Shown: positions 35,297-47,888, counted from the whole stretch's first letter. The stretch is DNA of 60,114 nt, filler included, from Hausera hauseri (GCA_046269625.1; 11 parts of 11 records of this genome joined end to end with filler, not necessarily neighbours in it), one strand, 5' to 3'. Numbers and translations: made by a program. The notes: a model not told the origin generated them from the letters alone.

Positions 35297-38200
35297 TCAC
35301 CCTCCACCACATGGCAAAGCAAAGACTACCGAGGTAAGAAAATATAAAATGAGTTGAAACGGTACAGGCAGTGGTATTTGTGTGGGTAAGACGTTGTACT
35401 TCTGCAGTATTAATCGCCTTACTGTAGGTACTAAATGTGACTGATTTGTGAATTTTCAATGTTTTTGAACCTGCTTGTTGAGGTGATAGAGATACAACAA
35501 AGTCGGGTTTGGTCGTGTTAGGTGTTATGTCATACAAAGACGGTGAAGGAGATGGAGTATAAGATGTATGAGAAGAGGGAGTAAAAGTTGTTAGGGTAGT
35601 AGAATTGGAGATTGGAAGAGCTTCTGGTAAAGATGTAGAGATAGGGGTCGGCATGGAAATGGGACCAGATGATGGAGGAACTGAAGGAGGAAAAGGTGGA
35701 GGAGTCAAAAAGGGGGTAGAAGATTCACTTTGGGGGAGCGTATCATCTACGAAAAAGCAGGCTTTACGTTGTTGATATGCACAGCTAGTTCTTTACCTTC
35801 TTTTGAAATAATGGCATTGTGGGAATGCAATTGAACGAGTTTGTAAGATCCCAAATACCGTGGTTGAAAATCGCACGGCGTCTAGTTTTTCAGCCAGACG
35901 AACTTTGCCGAATGTAAATCCTGCGGTAGGTACGTTTTATTGTTATTTATGATCTTGCAGAATAAATCTTTACTGACTGAGACAAAATGATTTTGTGCCG
36001 TTCGGATAGCTTTGTCTGTAGGTGTATCTTCAAAGGCAGTTAACTCAAATAATGAACGTACAGGCGTTCGGAATAGGGCTTCCGTAGATGAACAACTAGT
36101 AAAAGTAAAAGGGGTGTTACGCCAACCCAGAAGAACCAACGGAAGAAGAGTTGTCCAACTGCTATTGGATTCTGCGAAGATTCTCTGACGTTTTTATTGT
36201 TCTATGGAATCTCTCCAGAAGACCATTCAATTGGGGGTGATACGGTGATGTGTGTATATGGCTGATTCCTAATAGGTTAACCAGGGATTTAAACAAATTG
36301 GACTCAAACTGAGTACCTTGGTCTGTAATAATGAATCTAGAGTATTCAAATCTGCTAATCCAAATGCGTATGAAAACATCGGCTATTGTGTCCATGTTAG
36401 TACTCTGTAGTGGACAGCTTCTGGCCAACGTGAGTAACGATCCATCATTGTCAAAATGAATTGATGACCGTTGTCAGGAAGAAGAGGGTTAAAGAGATCA
36501 ACACGAACAGACTCTAAACGTGATGTGCAAGGGAATTGATATAGTGGTGGCTTCAAATGTTTGGTGATTTTGAATTTCTGGCAAGCTACGAACTCCTTAA
36601 CCCACGCTTGTTCATCAGAACGCATAGTCGGCCATATTACTTGCCGGTGGAGTAAGCGAAAAGTTGCCTTAGCACCAGGATGGTGCAGTGCATGTACACA
36701 GTTAAACGCTTGCCGTTGTAAAGGTGGTGCGCGAATTATTACGGAATGACCTGGCTTGGAAGTGCCTAAAGCCACGCTGTCAACAATTGTGTAAGACTTA
36801 AAAGAATTAAGCATGCCCTGAGGTGGCTGGTTCTGTTGGAGTTGTACTTGAGCGAAGATTGGTGAAAACTTAATCGAAACAACCGTCCTAGATAGGAAAT
36901 CGGCAACCAAATTATTAACCCCGTTAATATGTTTAATATCGAAATTAAATGTCGACATATATGATATCTGTCGTTCTTGGCGTGAGGAAGGATAGTCATG
37001 GTGTTTAGCAAGGGCTTGTGATCGGTCTGTATGGTAAAACGGCGAGCGACAAGTAGGTGGGAGAAATGCTTTAAAGAAAAAACTTTGGCCAATAATTCTC
37101 GATCGAACGTTGAATATCGAGTTTCAGGGGATGTAACTTACGAGAGAAAAATTCTAGTTGTTCGTTTTCTCCTTTGTGTATTTGGTGAAGCACAGCACCT
37201 ACCGCAGTGGTTGAAGTGTCTATAGTGAGGATGAGTTCCGCATTAGGCTTGGGGAAAACCAGAATGTCGACGGTCTTAATTCCTTGACGTAGCTTATCAA
37301 ACATATCAACCAGGAAGGTGTCCACTAAATTGACAGATGTTTTTTCCACCGCTTAAGTGAGCAAATGGTGCTGTAAGTTCAGAGCAGTACGGCATATACT
37401 TGTGAACGAAGTGCAAAGTTCCCAATAAGCTCCTCATTTCTGTTGTTGTTCGGGGTAGTTGTATACTTTTGAGAGCTTCAACACGTTCTGGCTGAGGAGA
37501 ATGACCATTTGCCGAAATGATGTATCCGAGAAAGTTAATACGCTTTTGGAAGAAGTGACATTTCGTAAAATTAATTTGTAAATTATGGTGGTTAAGTCGT
37601 TGGAAAATAAAACGCAGGTGTTCCTCATGCTGTTTGGTTGAAGACGATGCCATCAAGATATCGTTGATATATGGATGCGCGAAAGTGAAATCCGAGAGGA
37701 TGGAATCGATATGACGTTGGAAAGCCTGTGCAGCGTTGCGTAAACCAAAAGTCATATAAATGTATTTGTACAGGCCGAAAGGTGTCGTAACGGCGGTTTT
37801 TTCGATGTACTCGGGTGCTACAGGAATTTGTTGATATGTCTTGTCTAAGTATATGGTTGAATATACTGTAGTGGGATTAAGCCGGTGCAGGATATCCTTA
37901 ATTAATGGTAAAAGGTATGTATCCATAACAGTCAAAGTGTTTAGTTGACGGTAATCACCGCATGGTCCGAGGGATCCATCTTTTTTTGGACAACGTGTAA
38001 AGGCAAAGACCACGGCGATTCAGATCTGCGTATAATCCCGCAGCGTTCAAGGTCTAGAAATTCCGTTTTTACAGCTTGCCTTCGACGAGGTGACAAAGGA
38101 CGCACCTTTTGGCGAATAGGTCTTTGGTGTTGCGTTATGATGTGACGGAAAGTGCTGTTTGTAGGTGTGGAAGTTCGATCTTTTTGAATTAATTGGGGGG

Positions 38201-38414
38201 GGGCATGAATTGTGTATGTATTGCCGAAGACATTCAGACAATTTCAAGAGATTGTATGATGGTTGTGGTGTTGAGTCAATATGTGCCGTTAATAAGGAGG
38301 CTTGCGAGTTATTGAAATCAAGAAGAATTTGGTGTAGTATAGTAGTATTAAAAATAGTGTTTGAAAAAGTAATTTTGTCTTGCGAATGTACTGAACCAAC
38401 ACAATCGTAGTTGT
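35101..38414 (-). mobile_element. Decayed Ty3/Gypsy element (CsRn1/Kabuki-like, related to 1380-4206) with PPT and putative short 3' LTR
   Basis: RT (PCGDYRQLN, TPFGLY, YINDIL), RH, IN (ITDQGTQFES, YHPQLNGLLERFHR), GSY module; PPT GTGGTGGAGGGTGA followed by TGTTGTG at 35296. Confidence 0.9.
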
Positions 38415-38514
38415 NNNNNNNNNNNNNNNNNNNNNNNNNNNNNNNNNNNNNNNNNNNNTTAATTAATTAANNNNNNNNNNNNNNNNNNNNNNNNNNNNNN
38501 NNNNNNNNNNNNNN

Positions 38515-39440
38515 TCTGAGTTCGCATTTGACTGAGTTTCTCGGAAATTCGTCTCCAATTCATAGCAGTAATGGGGTTTTATCCGAACCACACGAGTGTA
38601 ACTACCGTTCGAAAAGTACTTCAGTTCAGTAGCTTCGGCTCTACACACCGGGCAGGTGGTTTTGCCGTTATCTAAGGTCCATTTCTCTAAGCAATCTCGG
38701 CAATATTTGTGTCGACAATCACGGTTATCCAATATAACGTATCCTTGACCGAGGTTCGCCTGGCATACGGGACATTCACTTTCCTCTTTATCCCACTTTT
38801 CATCATTTAGATCCACTCTTATTATGAGCTCTATAGGTTTAAATATGAGACCATCCTTGTCTTGGTATAGGTATCCGTGGATTCTTTTTTGTTCATGGTT
38901 CACAGAACTCTTTTTAGGATCACAGCCTACTGTCACTAGGATCCAATCTGCGATAGTATCTCGATCTAAGTCGGGAACTTCGCCATCCGTTTTATATTTC
39001 TGATACTGCTTTTTCAATAAAGCTTTCATTTGCTTATCCACGGGTAGTGTTAGCTTGCCGTTTCTTTTCAATCGAAATACTGGTGCAATATACTTTCCTA
39101 TTTTAGGGTTTTCCCAAATATAGGTGTTTTCATGTACTTCTCGTGCTGGTGTAGTCTTAATAAAAAACATCGCTTCTTTGATGGTTTGTCGACTATAGTG
39201 TTCGGTAGTTATTGGCATCTTAGGATAGTCTTTAGCGGTCGCAAAATGCATATTCTCTCGGGAATTCTTGTTTCTGAGGATGTTAACCTCCGTAAACAGT
39301 TGTTGGAATCCACTTTCAGCGCTCGTAAGTTTTCTAGGTATCTCTGGGATTGTAATCTGATTATCTGCGGACGTTGTGGGGATTTCTCTTGTTGAACTTT
39401 CGGGTCCTTTATTCACTTCATTGATTCGGTTCTCTTGAGC
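38515..39440 (-). CDS. RING-finger (C3HC4) protein, in frame with the upstream exonuclease ORF; 3' end cut by contig edge
   Basis: CPVC...DCRHKYCRDCLEKW...TCPVCR; only the TAA at 39443-39441 separates it from 39441-40649. Confidence 0.8.
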
Positions 39441-40649
39441 TTAATTTGAGCTTGTCTCTTTGTTTTTCTTTTGGAATAAGTAATCAGTGAATATACATTT
39501 CCTCTTAATCGGGGAATTTCGCGTTTCATCCCTTTCCTGTTGCGGTGGTACTTTGAATGTCTGGATTGCTTCTTTTTCCTTAATTGTAGATTTTAGTTCT
39601 GGAATTGGTTTAACGCGGGAATTGTAACTGGTGCTGGGCCTGTCGGCACTCGATTGATCTGATTTCCAAATGGTTATTTTGATATTGTTTTGCCCCATTG
39701 GTTCCGCGACTCTACATGGTAAATATGAACGATATTGCTTCCGATGCTTTTTATTGATAAGTTCTGGGTCGGATGTGTTTCGTAAATTTTGTTCTGGGTT
39801 ACTAGGTGTCCACTCATGGTCCCATTTTAACGCTACATAAATATCGCGTAGGTATTGAGTGCGTTGACTTGCGGTTAAAAATTTACTAATCTTAACATGT
39901 TTGCTATTTATGGCGTCTACCATCAATTTGAAATAGGCGTCAATAACCTTTGGTATAGGGTAATTTCTCTCTCGTAATATTCGTTTACTTTGTTCGGCGA
40001 CTACTGGATGTGTCCCTATTTCGCGCATTCCTGTGATGCTTGTTATGGGTATTTCCAAGAGTTCGATAATACTATCGATACGATATCCAGTTACGATGTA
40101 ACCATATAAACAATGCTCTAACTCGGCCTGAACAAGTTTGATGTCTTTACCTCTTGGACATGTCTCCTTACGAATTCCTGTCATATTGTAGTGGGTCTCA
40201 AAAACGCGTTTTCTTGGGCTAATAATCGTACAGTGTACTTCTGTTCCGTTTGTTTCTCGAACGGAGACTTCGATGGGAATCATTTTCACGTCATCCCCTT
40301 CTCCACAATTGATCGCTATGATTCGAGTATTTCTGGCGTCTTGCACTAATCTATACGATCGTAAGAATTTGTCCAAATCTTTTTCTGACGGTTTCTGATA
40401 GAATTCCAGGGACGGCAGTTTGATGTAAGGAGGATCGGCATATGTGACTTCGAACATTAATTTTATGGGGAGGGCGGCTACTCTGAATTCTAATTCATAA
40501 TTCTGTAAATCTTGGCTGCAGAGACTGAGAATACTGAACCTGTATTGTCTTCCGCTGCTGGTGTTCCATTCTTGGTCTTTGAACCGGTAGTATATCTCGC
40601 CATCTGCCAGGTGAATATAAATGTTCTGGTGAGTTTCGTATGTGATCAT
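39441..40649 (-). CDS. DEDDh/REX4-like pseudo-exonuclease
   Basis: IIAINCGE (cf. AIDCEM), PIEVSV, TIISPRKRV, MTGI, VQAELEHCLYGYIVTG, MREI. Confidence 0.75.
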   Translation of the reverse strand: MITYETHQNIYIHLADGEIYYRFKDQEWNTSSGRQYRFSILSLCSQDLQNYELEFRVAALPIKLMFEVTYADPPYIKLPSLEFYQKPSEKDLDKFLRSYRLVQDARNTRIIAINCGEGDDVKMIPIEVSVRETNGTEVHCTIISPRKRVFETHYNMTGIRKETCPRGKDIKLVQAELEHCLYGYIVTGYRIDSIIELLEIPITSITGMREIGTHPVVAEQSKRILRERNYPIPKVIDAYFKLMVDAINSKHVKISKFLTASQRTQYLRDIYVALKWDHEWTPSNPEQNLRNTSDPELINKKHRKQYRSYLPCRVAEPMGQNNIKITIWKSDQSSADRPSTSYNSRVKPIPELKSTIKEKEAIQTFKVPPQQERDETRNSPIKRKCIFTDYLFQKKNKETSSN

Positions 40650-41118
40650 TTGTTTGAGTGAATACGCTTAGGCATCCTTGTCTTCTCTCATGGCGTAAAG
40701 ATAAATAATCTTATTTTCTTCGGTTATACCCTTTAAGTTATTAGGAATTCTACTGGTCCGATTATACTTCACGAAGGTTCTATCATGTGATTCGTTGTTA
40801 ATTTCTCGAAATATCGATTTAGAATTTGGGAGAAAAACAGTGGCGTAGTTCTGTAAGAATTCGTCGATACTAAGTCGACGTTTTGACGATTCATCGATAC
40901 TACATCGTTCTCATCCTTGGGTAAATCGCGATCCGTCGATCCTAGGTCGTCCGGCATCCGTTTTCGTAATTCTCTCTGATCATCGGTCTAAAAAATAAAC
41001 AGTAATGGTTAATCTTACAGCACAGAATGGTTTTAAAATGAAACCAATTCTTGGTTTGGTGAAAGAATAACCCAATCTGTAATTGTCAAGTTATTTTATC
41101 GTAGACGTATTTTTGGGG

Positions 41119-42399
41119 TTACCATACCCTTAATTCCCGTTTTACGATTTTAGAGCGCTTAGTATGACAATTTACGTCAATTAATCGAAATATCGCGATA
41201 CATATTATAAGCACAAGCGTTGACAAACTTACACTCAGTATTATAGTCAGTGTACTCAACTTCTCAGATTCCGTAATCGTTGCTCTTGTTGTAGTCTCTG
41301 GTCTTGTGTTTTTGTCTACTTGGGGTGCTATTCGTATTTCTTCCTATGTTTGTATTGTGAAAGTTTGGCTCTGTGCATCTTTTGCATGTATTTGTATTAT
41401 GTATTCTGTTTTAGGTATGAGTGAATCACATTCGGTGTGATATGTGTTCTTGTGCAGTGTAGTTTTTATATGCTGGTACACAGTGCGGCAATTTATCTCA
41501 ACATCGTAGCTGAGCTTCTCTTCCACTGAGAAGACTATTTTACGTGATTGTCTCCAGTATTTTACAGGAATCCTGAGTAATTTTCCTTTACTCGTTTTCT
41601 GAGTTATAGTAATTTCGGAAGTGGTACTTATCGGAACGATTTGTCTCGTTGAAGTTGTTTCGACTGCAGTGTTCCAGATCCTGCTGTCTGGGTGATATCG
41701 TCCTAAGTAAGTACTCGACTTATTTTGCTGAATTCCATAGAGGTCAAAATGAATCCTATATTCATGACCTTCTTAAATTTTACAACATGTGCTAAGATCT
41801 TCAATTTTTAGACTGCAATATTTAGGCATTGAGCTTAACTCCTTTATTTTTGTGAATAGAACTGAAATCTCTTGTCTACTTTGTAGTCTTCCTTTCGTGA
41901 TTATTTGGATGCATTTGTCTTGCTTGTTTTCTGAAATAGTAACTATGTCTCCGAGTTCCGTTGTGTTCCCTCGCTCTTTAGCGGGTATGACCAACTTTAC
42001 TTGTGACCTTATTACTCCTTGTATACGTTCGTACATTCTGTAATACATTCGTATTGTGAAGGTGTAAGTGTCTCCATAATTCACGACACAACAATTTTCT
42101 TAAGCTCCATACGGAAAATTACAATAGGTCATTACTCGTTGTTTCGCATTCAATATGACTACTTGATATCTCACTGATTTTCTAACGGGTCCGTCCGTCT
42201 TAAATGACATGCAGTCTCGTTTGGAATCTATGCATTGGACCTTAAAACGGTCCAAGGTACTTAAGTCGTTTCTTTTTGTCATTATCAATTCATTCTTTAT
42301 TCATTTATTTAGTTGCTGAATTAGTCCTCCTTGAGCGCTTGCTCTAGGAACATATGAGGCTATTAATGATAGTGCTAAGACTATCTGTATATAGGACAT
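41119..42399 (-). pseudogene. Type-I membrane protein in the env position (signal peptide, Cys/FN3-like repeats, Thr-rich stalk, TM), four premature stops
   Basis: One reading frame continuous with integrase; MSYIQIVLALSLIASYVPRASA signal; DSLIPKTEYIIQIHA; TM LTIILSVSLSTLVLIICIAIF followed by a basic tail. Confidence 0.7.
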
Positions 42400-42775
42400 A
42401 GGTCTAGTGACTATAGATGAGGTTTTGACCTTCCTACATTTTGTTCTCTGGTTCGCTTTCATATCCTTGCTACGTAATTGGTATCGTTTATCTGGTCTTA
42501 TTTCTGTTTTTACCACTCGTTGTATTGACACTACTTCCTTTTTTCCGTTTTTATTAATATAGACTGTAGTGGGTGTTACTCTGATAACTTCGTACGGTCC
42601 TCTTCCGGTACGCGTGAGCTTCAATGATGTGCCTTTCTTAGCTACTGGATAGTCACATAAACCTAATCTCCGTTTCTTAAATCGTGTGGTTTCGCCTTTT
42701 TGTCATATTGCTTCTTAAATCCTTCTTGATATTCTAAGGATAGCGTCTTCGCTACTTCCCAACACTTTTGTAATC
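42400..42775 (-). pseudogene. Ty3/Gypsy integrase C-terminus (GPY/F module)
   Basis: KLTRTGRGPYEVIRVTPTTVYI...VVSIQRV. Confidence 0.8.
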
Positions 42776-43208
42776 NNNNNNNNNNNNNNNNNNNNNNNNN
42801 NNNNNNNNNNNNNNNNNNNTTAATTAATTAANNNNNNNNNNNNNNNNNNNNNNNNNNNNNNNNNNNNNNNNNNNNTTCGAAGGACCGTATCAAATAATTC
42901 GACAAATTTCGCCGCATCAGTGGGAGTTGAAAAACATGGAAGATGGTAGAATAATTCGCAGAAGAGTGGAATGGTTGAAAAGAGTAAACAAGGATCATAA
43001 ACGAGAGGGGAAAGTAATGGAGCAGCAAAAATAAATAATAAGCAAATTAATATTTATTTTAATTTGTTTAAATTTTGGATAAATAAATACTTTAAAAAGC
43101 TCTTTGGACTTATTTCAACTATGAACGAAAACAAAGCAGATGAACTCCAGGATTTCGATCCTCCGACTTTGCCCAGCAAAGTCTTCTTTACTAGTAATGA
43201 AACGATTT

Positions 43209-44594
43209 TCACGTGTTGTGAACATCAAATCGAATGAATATTGTATCATTTTTGCAAAACATATCTTTTGATAGAAGTTTTTCCATTGCAATAAACTTTG
43301 GAGAGCCCGATGCTGTGTTATACTCTGATGTAGGTTGTAGATAGCACATAATATCCGCTTTGGGTTTGAACGTTTCTCTCAGATCTTTTCCAATATCTAA
43401 CTGATTTATAAGACTTATGGACACCTTTTGGTCGAATGGCCACGTAAGAATATCGTCATATTCTCCTTTCATAACGGCAAAAAACACGGATAAGTGAGAC
43501 CCTTTACCGAGTCCATCTCCATCAGGATAGACTTTCAAACACAATCTGTATCCAAATTGCTTGGAATAAAATGGATCACTGATAATATACGGCTTTCGAC
43601 CATTTTCTGCTTCTAATTTCTTTCTCGAAAATTCTGGAATCCTCCATACAAAACTCCCGCAGATGTAAGGTACATAGGATGGAATCGATAAATCCATTTG
43701 TAATTTCAGTGAATTCATATCATTTTTCAGAGAATTCAAAAAGTCTGTAGAACTTCTTTGAATTGACAATAACTCTTTTACTAACACTTCCTGTTGACTT
43801 ATTTTTGTTGTCAAATTATTTACGGTATGATTTAACTTGTCTATCTCCATTTCCATGGAAGATACGATAGAACCGTATCCATTCTGAAGATGGTAAAATG
43901 CCTCCAGTTTAGACATCGCATTAATGTCACAATCAAAATTGTGGAAGGGGCATTTTATTTTTTGTTTCTGGCACATTTGTCGATGACTGTACCAATTAAC
44001 TGGACCTGTGACGTCACATTTATTAATACAGAGTCCAACAAGCAATTTGCACAGTCCATCTGCATTGATATTTCCATGCACCTCATCGAATTCCTTTGCA
44101 GTTAACGACAATCCACAAGCTGGACAATTGGTGGATCTCATAGAGCACAATTCACTTTTGTGTACCATCTCATCGACAAATGCGTACGGTTTAGCACATT
44201 TACCACACACGACTGGACGATTGATGCAATTCACCAGATGGTTAGAAATATCCTTTAGAACGCTCTGAAAATCACATAGACGGAAAGGACATTTAACCGG
44301 TAAAAGAGATATTTCTTTATTAATCGCGTTATCCACGAATGTCTCCTTCTCATTGTCAGATAATTTATAATTGCACTCACTAAGTCCACTTGGACATCGA
44401 GCAGTCCCTGCCTCGATTTCCGATAAATACTGTTGACTACACGAATTGCACATTCGGCAACCACATGAGATCTGTACTGCATTGTTGAGAACATTTTTGC
44501 AATATACACATTTCAGTGTATCCTTTATCTCTTCAACGAATGTAATATCATATTGATGTCTGGTTTTAATCATATTCTGTATGATTTTATTCAT
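43209..44594 (-). CDS. TRAF: TNF receptor-associated factor (TRAF2/3/5-like), intronless
   Basis: RING, TRAF-type zinc fingers, coiled coil, MATH domain (FVWRIPEF, SDPFY, GYRLCLKVYPDGDGLGKGSHLSVFF, LTWPF, ASGSPKF). TATAAA at 44652-44647 and TCATT upstream; AATAAA downstream. Confidence 0.95.
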   Translation of the reverse strand: MNKIIQNMIKTRHQYDITFVEEIKDTLKCVYCKNVLNNAVQISCGCRMCNSCSQQYLSEIEAGTARCPSGLSECNYKLSDNEKETFVDNAINKEISLLPVKCPFRLCDFQSVLKDISNHLVNCINRPVVCGKCAKPYAFVDEMVHKSELCSMRSTNCPACGLSLTAKEFDEVHGNINADGLCKLLVGLCINKCDVTGPVNWYSHRQMCQKQKIKCPFHNFDCDINAMSKLEAFYHLQNGYGSIVSSMEMEIDKLNHTVNNLTTKISQQEVLVKELLSIQRSSTDFLNSLKNDMNSLKLQMDLSIPSYVPYICGSFVWRIPEFSRKKLEAENGRKPYIISDPFYSKQFGYRLCLKVYPDGDGLGKGSHLSVFFAVMKGEYDDILTWPFDQKVSISLINQLDIGKDLRETFKPKADIMCYLQPTSEYNTASGSPKFIAMEKLLSKDMFCKNDTIFIRFDVHNT

Positions 44595-45099
44595 GTTTCA
44601 ACAATTAAATGTTTAGTCGCAATGAAATTAACAAAACAACGCTTCATTTATAATGCAGTGATTATCAAACCAAATTTTTAAATCGTAGTTACTAATTATA
44701 GATTACGATGACTTTTGGATAAAAATAGATTTCATTGACTTTGGAATTTAGCAGAAGTGTATGTTGGCCGCGGACGTATCCACGCCGCCCATATCATCGC
44801 CCAGCTTGGGTAGGGTTGGAAAATCCCCGCCCCCTGATATGTCCGCTAAGGCGGAATTTGATCGTTTGTAATTACTCATTGCAGAGTTAACATCAATTGT
44901 TGAAATTTTTATTGTCTCTCAAAATACTCATTTGGAAACAAATTTTTCGAAATTCCAAAATTAAATTATACTTCTAATATTACATTTTTAAATTAAATTT
45001 TTAAAATTTAAAAATGTTTCTAATTTAAATTTAGAATTTCGGTTCTTGATTATATCCTCACATCCCCCTTTTTTAAGTATCTTCGTAGTTTCTACGTTT

Positions 45100-47180
45100 C
45101 TCTCCAAGGTTCGGCCATCTTTATGTCGTAGTATGTATCGGATTCTGGATGAAATATTTTGTTGCATGGCACAACACAAAGTGCTGTCATTGACATACAA
45201 GTTTCACAGGAGTAGAGAAACTCTTGCGATGTCCTTGCTTGAATCATACCACACATCTTCGTGCAACCACTGCTTTACTTGGGTTGGCTAGAATTACGTT
45301 CAAGAAATACTGCCCACGCAATTTTGACAAATCGGATGCTGTGTGATGCAGAAAGGATGTGCCTGCAGCTGTGAGTTCTTCACGGTCTTCTGTCTTGAAT
45401 AGTTCTGTGATTACTTTTGTACGAAATCACATTTGTCTGTGGGCACTACGCGTCTTCTTGTACAGCATATAAGAATTTGTCAATGCCATGTCAATGAAAT
45501 GAACGACGACTTTCTTGTACCAGTGTAATGTTTTCCAGAGAGGACAGCAGTATGAAGTCAGCTGGTCTGTTTTATCAACAACACATTATATTGTTGTAAC
45601 TGATGGTGCAATCTGGTTTTCTTATGGTCTCGCCTTTTCTGTTTCTCGCTTGACTGTCCATCATTCGACCAGGATGAAATGTAGTCAGCATGAGAACTTC
45701 ACGTTTGTCATGCCATTTCAGGATGACAATCCGGCCAAAACGTTGTCTTTGTTTGGTAGCCATTTCCTGTTACGGCGTAGTGTGCTTCCTAACAGTGTTT
45801 TGTTTTTCAACAGTTCTTGTGCAAGTGGTATGGCAGTGTAAAAGTATGTCGACACAAAATTCATTTCAAAAACAAAGACACTTTTCCATTAGCTTCATCA
45901 CAACAGCCCATGCCGCTGATGATTTCTGTTTTGCCACAGTAAACAATAGCATTCCATACGTAGCCACTGAGTTCACATAATAAGTATAACTTTACACCAT
46001 ACTTGTGTCTCTTTCCGGGTATGTATTGTCGAAATGTCAAACCGTCACGCCACAGTACCATTGTTTCATCTATGGATAGTTCCTTTGTGGATGTATACAC
46101 TATTTGATAATTAACGATCAAAGCGTCACACGCACTTCGTAGCTTGTTAAGCCTATCTCCTTTTTTGCTGTCGAATTATCAACAAAATTCCAAAACTTTA
46201 TCAGCAGTTCAAATTGGTTTCTGGGCATTATGCTGTTAATGACGGGGGCGGCAATAACAGGATCTGTTGATCAGTAATTCTCAACAACTGGCTTTTTGAC
46301 AATTCCCATTATCCGTATCAGACCCAAGAACTTTTTCATTTCAACAGCATTTGGTGGGTTCCAGTCATGCATCCTGCTTCTTGGTTTCAGTTGTTTTTGC
46401 TGTAGAATCTGTTCAGCATATCGATTAGTTTCTGTAACCATAATCTGAATTACATAATCTGTCATGAACAATGTGAAAAAGTCTATTGGCTGTACGTCAT
46501 CTGTCGACGCTGTTACTGAATGTGATATACATGAAACAGCAGTGATCGCTGTCAGAAAGTGGCATTTAGCAGTCAGATACATGTTGCCAGACATCAGATT
46601 CAGTTTCAGCCGCCACGTCACAATCCTCTGTACCCTATGTATTGTCTTCACAACTTTCCACCTCTGCTTCCACGTCTGATTCAGCAGGTGTTGGATCTGG
46701 AGCCATTGAAGATGTGTTACATTTGCTTATTTCTTTTTTTTTCTGTTTGGAGTTTACAGTAGACTGGATCCTGGATGCTCCCAGGTTGGCTGTCAGGTTT
46801 CCTTTCGGTAGCCTGGTTTGAACGAAAATCATATTCATCTGGACATTCATGATCACTTAGTCCGGAACTTTCTCTATCAAAATCATCTGATTCAAAAGAT
46901 TCAGACTCAGATCCTGTTGCCAACTGCAGTTCTAACACTTGTTTTTTGTTATATTAACGCTTTGCCATTATCGTCCTAAAGTAAACAAATGTGCACTAAA
47001 TATCAATGATACAGAAGAGCCAGTAGTAGTCGGTAAGTCAGTAATAATTTCAAAGCCAACATGTTATATTACTACCATGTATGCCTTCATACATCAGCAG
47101 AAACTTTACCTAAGCGCCGGACATCCAATTATGCACCATATAGTGACTGATGAGTATACTCGTCAGTAACGGACAATGTG
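45100..47180 (-). mobile_element. piggyBac transposon (PGBD4-like transposase), decayed
   Basis: TTAA|CACATTGTCCGTTACTGACGAGTATACTC terminus at 47180; SIDETMV, QYIPGKRHKYGVK, WHDKREV, KPDCTISYN; C-terminal RRCVV..CETC..LCVVPC cysteine-rich domain. Other end not identified. Confidence 0.9.
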
Positions 47181-47888
47181 TTAAAGAAATTTACATACTG
47201 TTGTATTAATGTTCTACTTATTAAAAATAAATTTGAAATAGTTATCACAAGGTGTAAGTATTGTAATTTTGTTTTGGCATCAACTAATAAACAATAGTCA
47301 AATTTTCGATACTGTTACGTAATTGGCACATTACGGGTCACCAGCTGCAACAAAGTAGGGAACAAACAGCTGGGATAAATGTAAATAATATCAAACTTTT
47401 TACGTATGATGTTTATGCGGGCAATAAAATGAAAATACAGCCATACGATTTTGGTTAATACAAGTACGTAGACAATTTGAATTCCATACAGACAAATTAA
47501 CCATATATCACTTTGAAAAATTTTTGCTGTTTAGTGTGAAAATAGGGTAGAGTTTAATGATGGTTTTAAATTTCTATCCATATATTTCCATAAAGTACTT
47601 CAGAAACTTCACAGCCTACATCGATCAATAATTTTATGAAAACGTTGGTCTAAAATTGCATTTGAGCTACTACAAATCAGCATATAGGTACTTAAAATGA
47701 AAGCAATATGTTGAACAGTAGAGTTTCAAAGGTTAATAATGTCTTGTGTTACACGTTTATTGAAATATCACTCAAACAATATTTATTACCACGTGCAGAT
47801 ATAATTATCATGTAAACGTGATTGGTGTATTTGAATCGTTGTTAACAGTCGTCATATGCAGAGCGTACAACATGATGAAAAACTAATA

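Larger units (their letters stand above)
38515..42775 (-). mobile_element. 3' half of a Gypsy-type element with accessory genes (IN C-terminus, membrane protein, pseudo-exonuclease, RING)
   Basis: KKQYDKKAKPHDLRNGD*VYV...GPYEVI integrase GPY module, followed by co-oriented ORFs. Confidence 0.8.

Noticed and set aside
35187-35708. Pro/Ser/Thr-rich ORF as a mucin-like env
   Set aside because: It is the low-complexity post-integrase tail running through the PPT into the LTR; no signal peptide.
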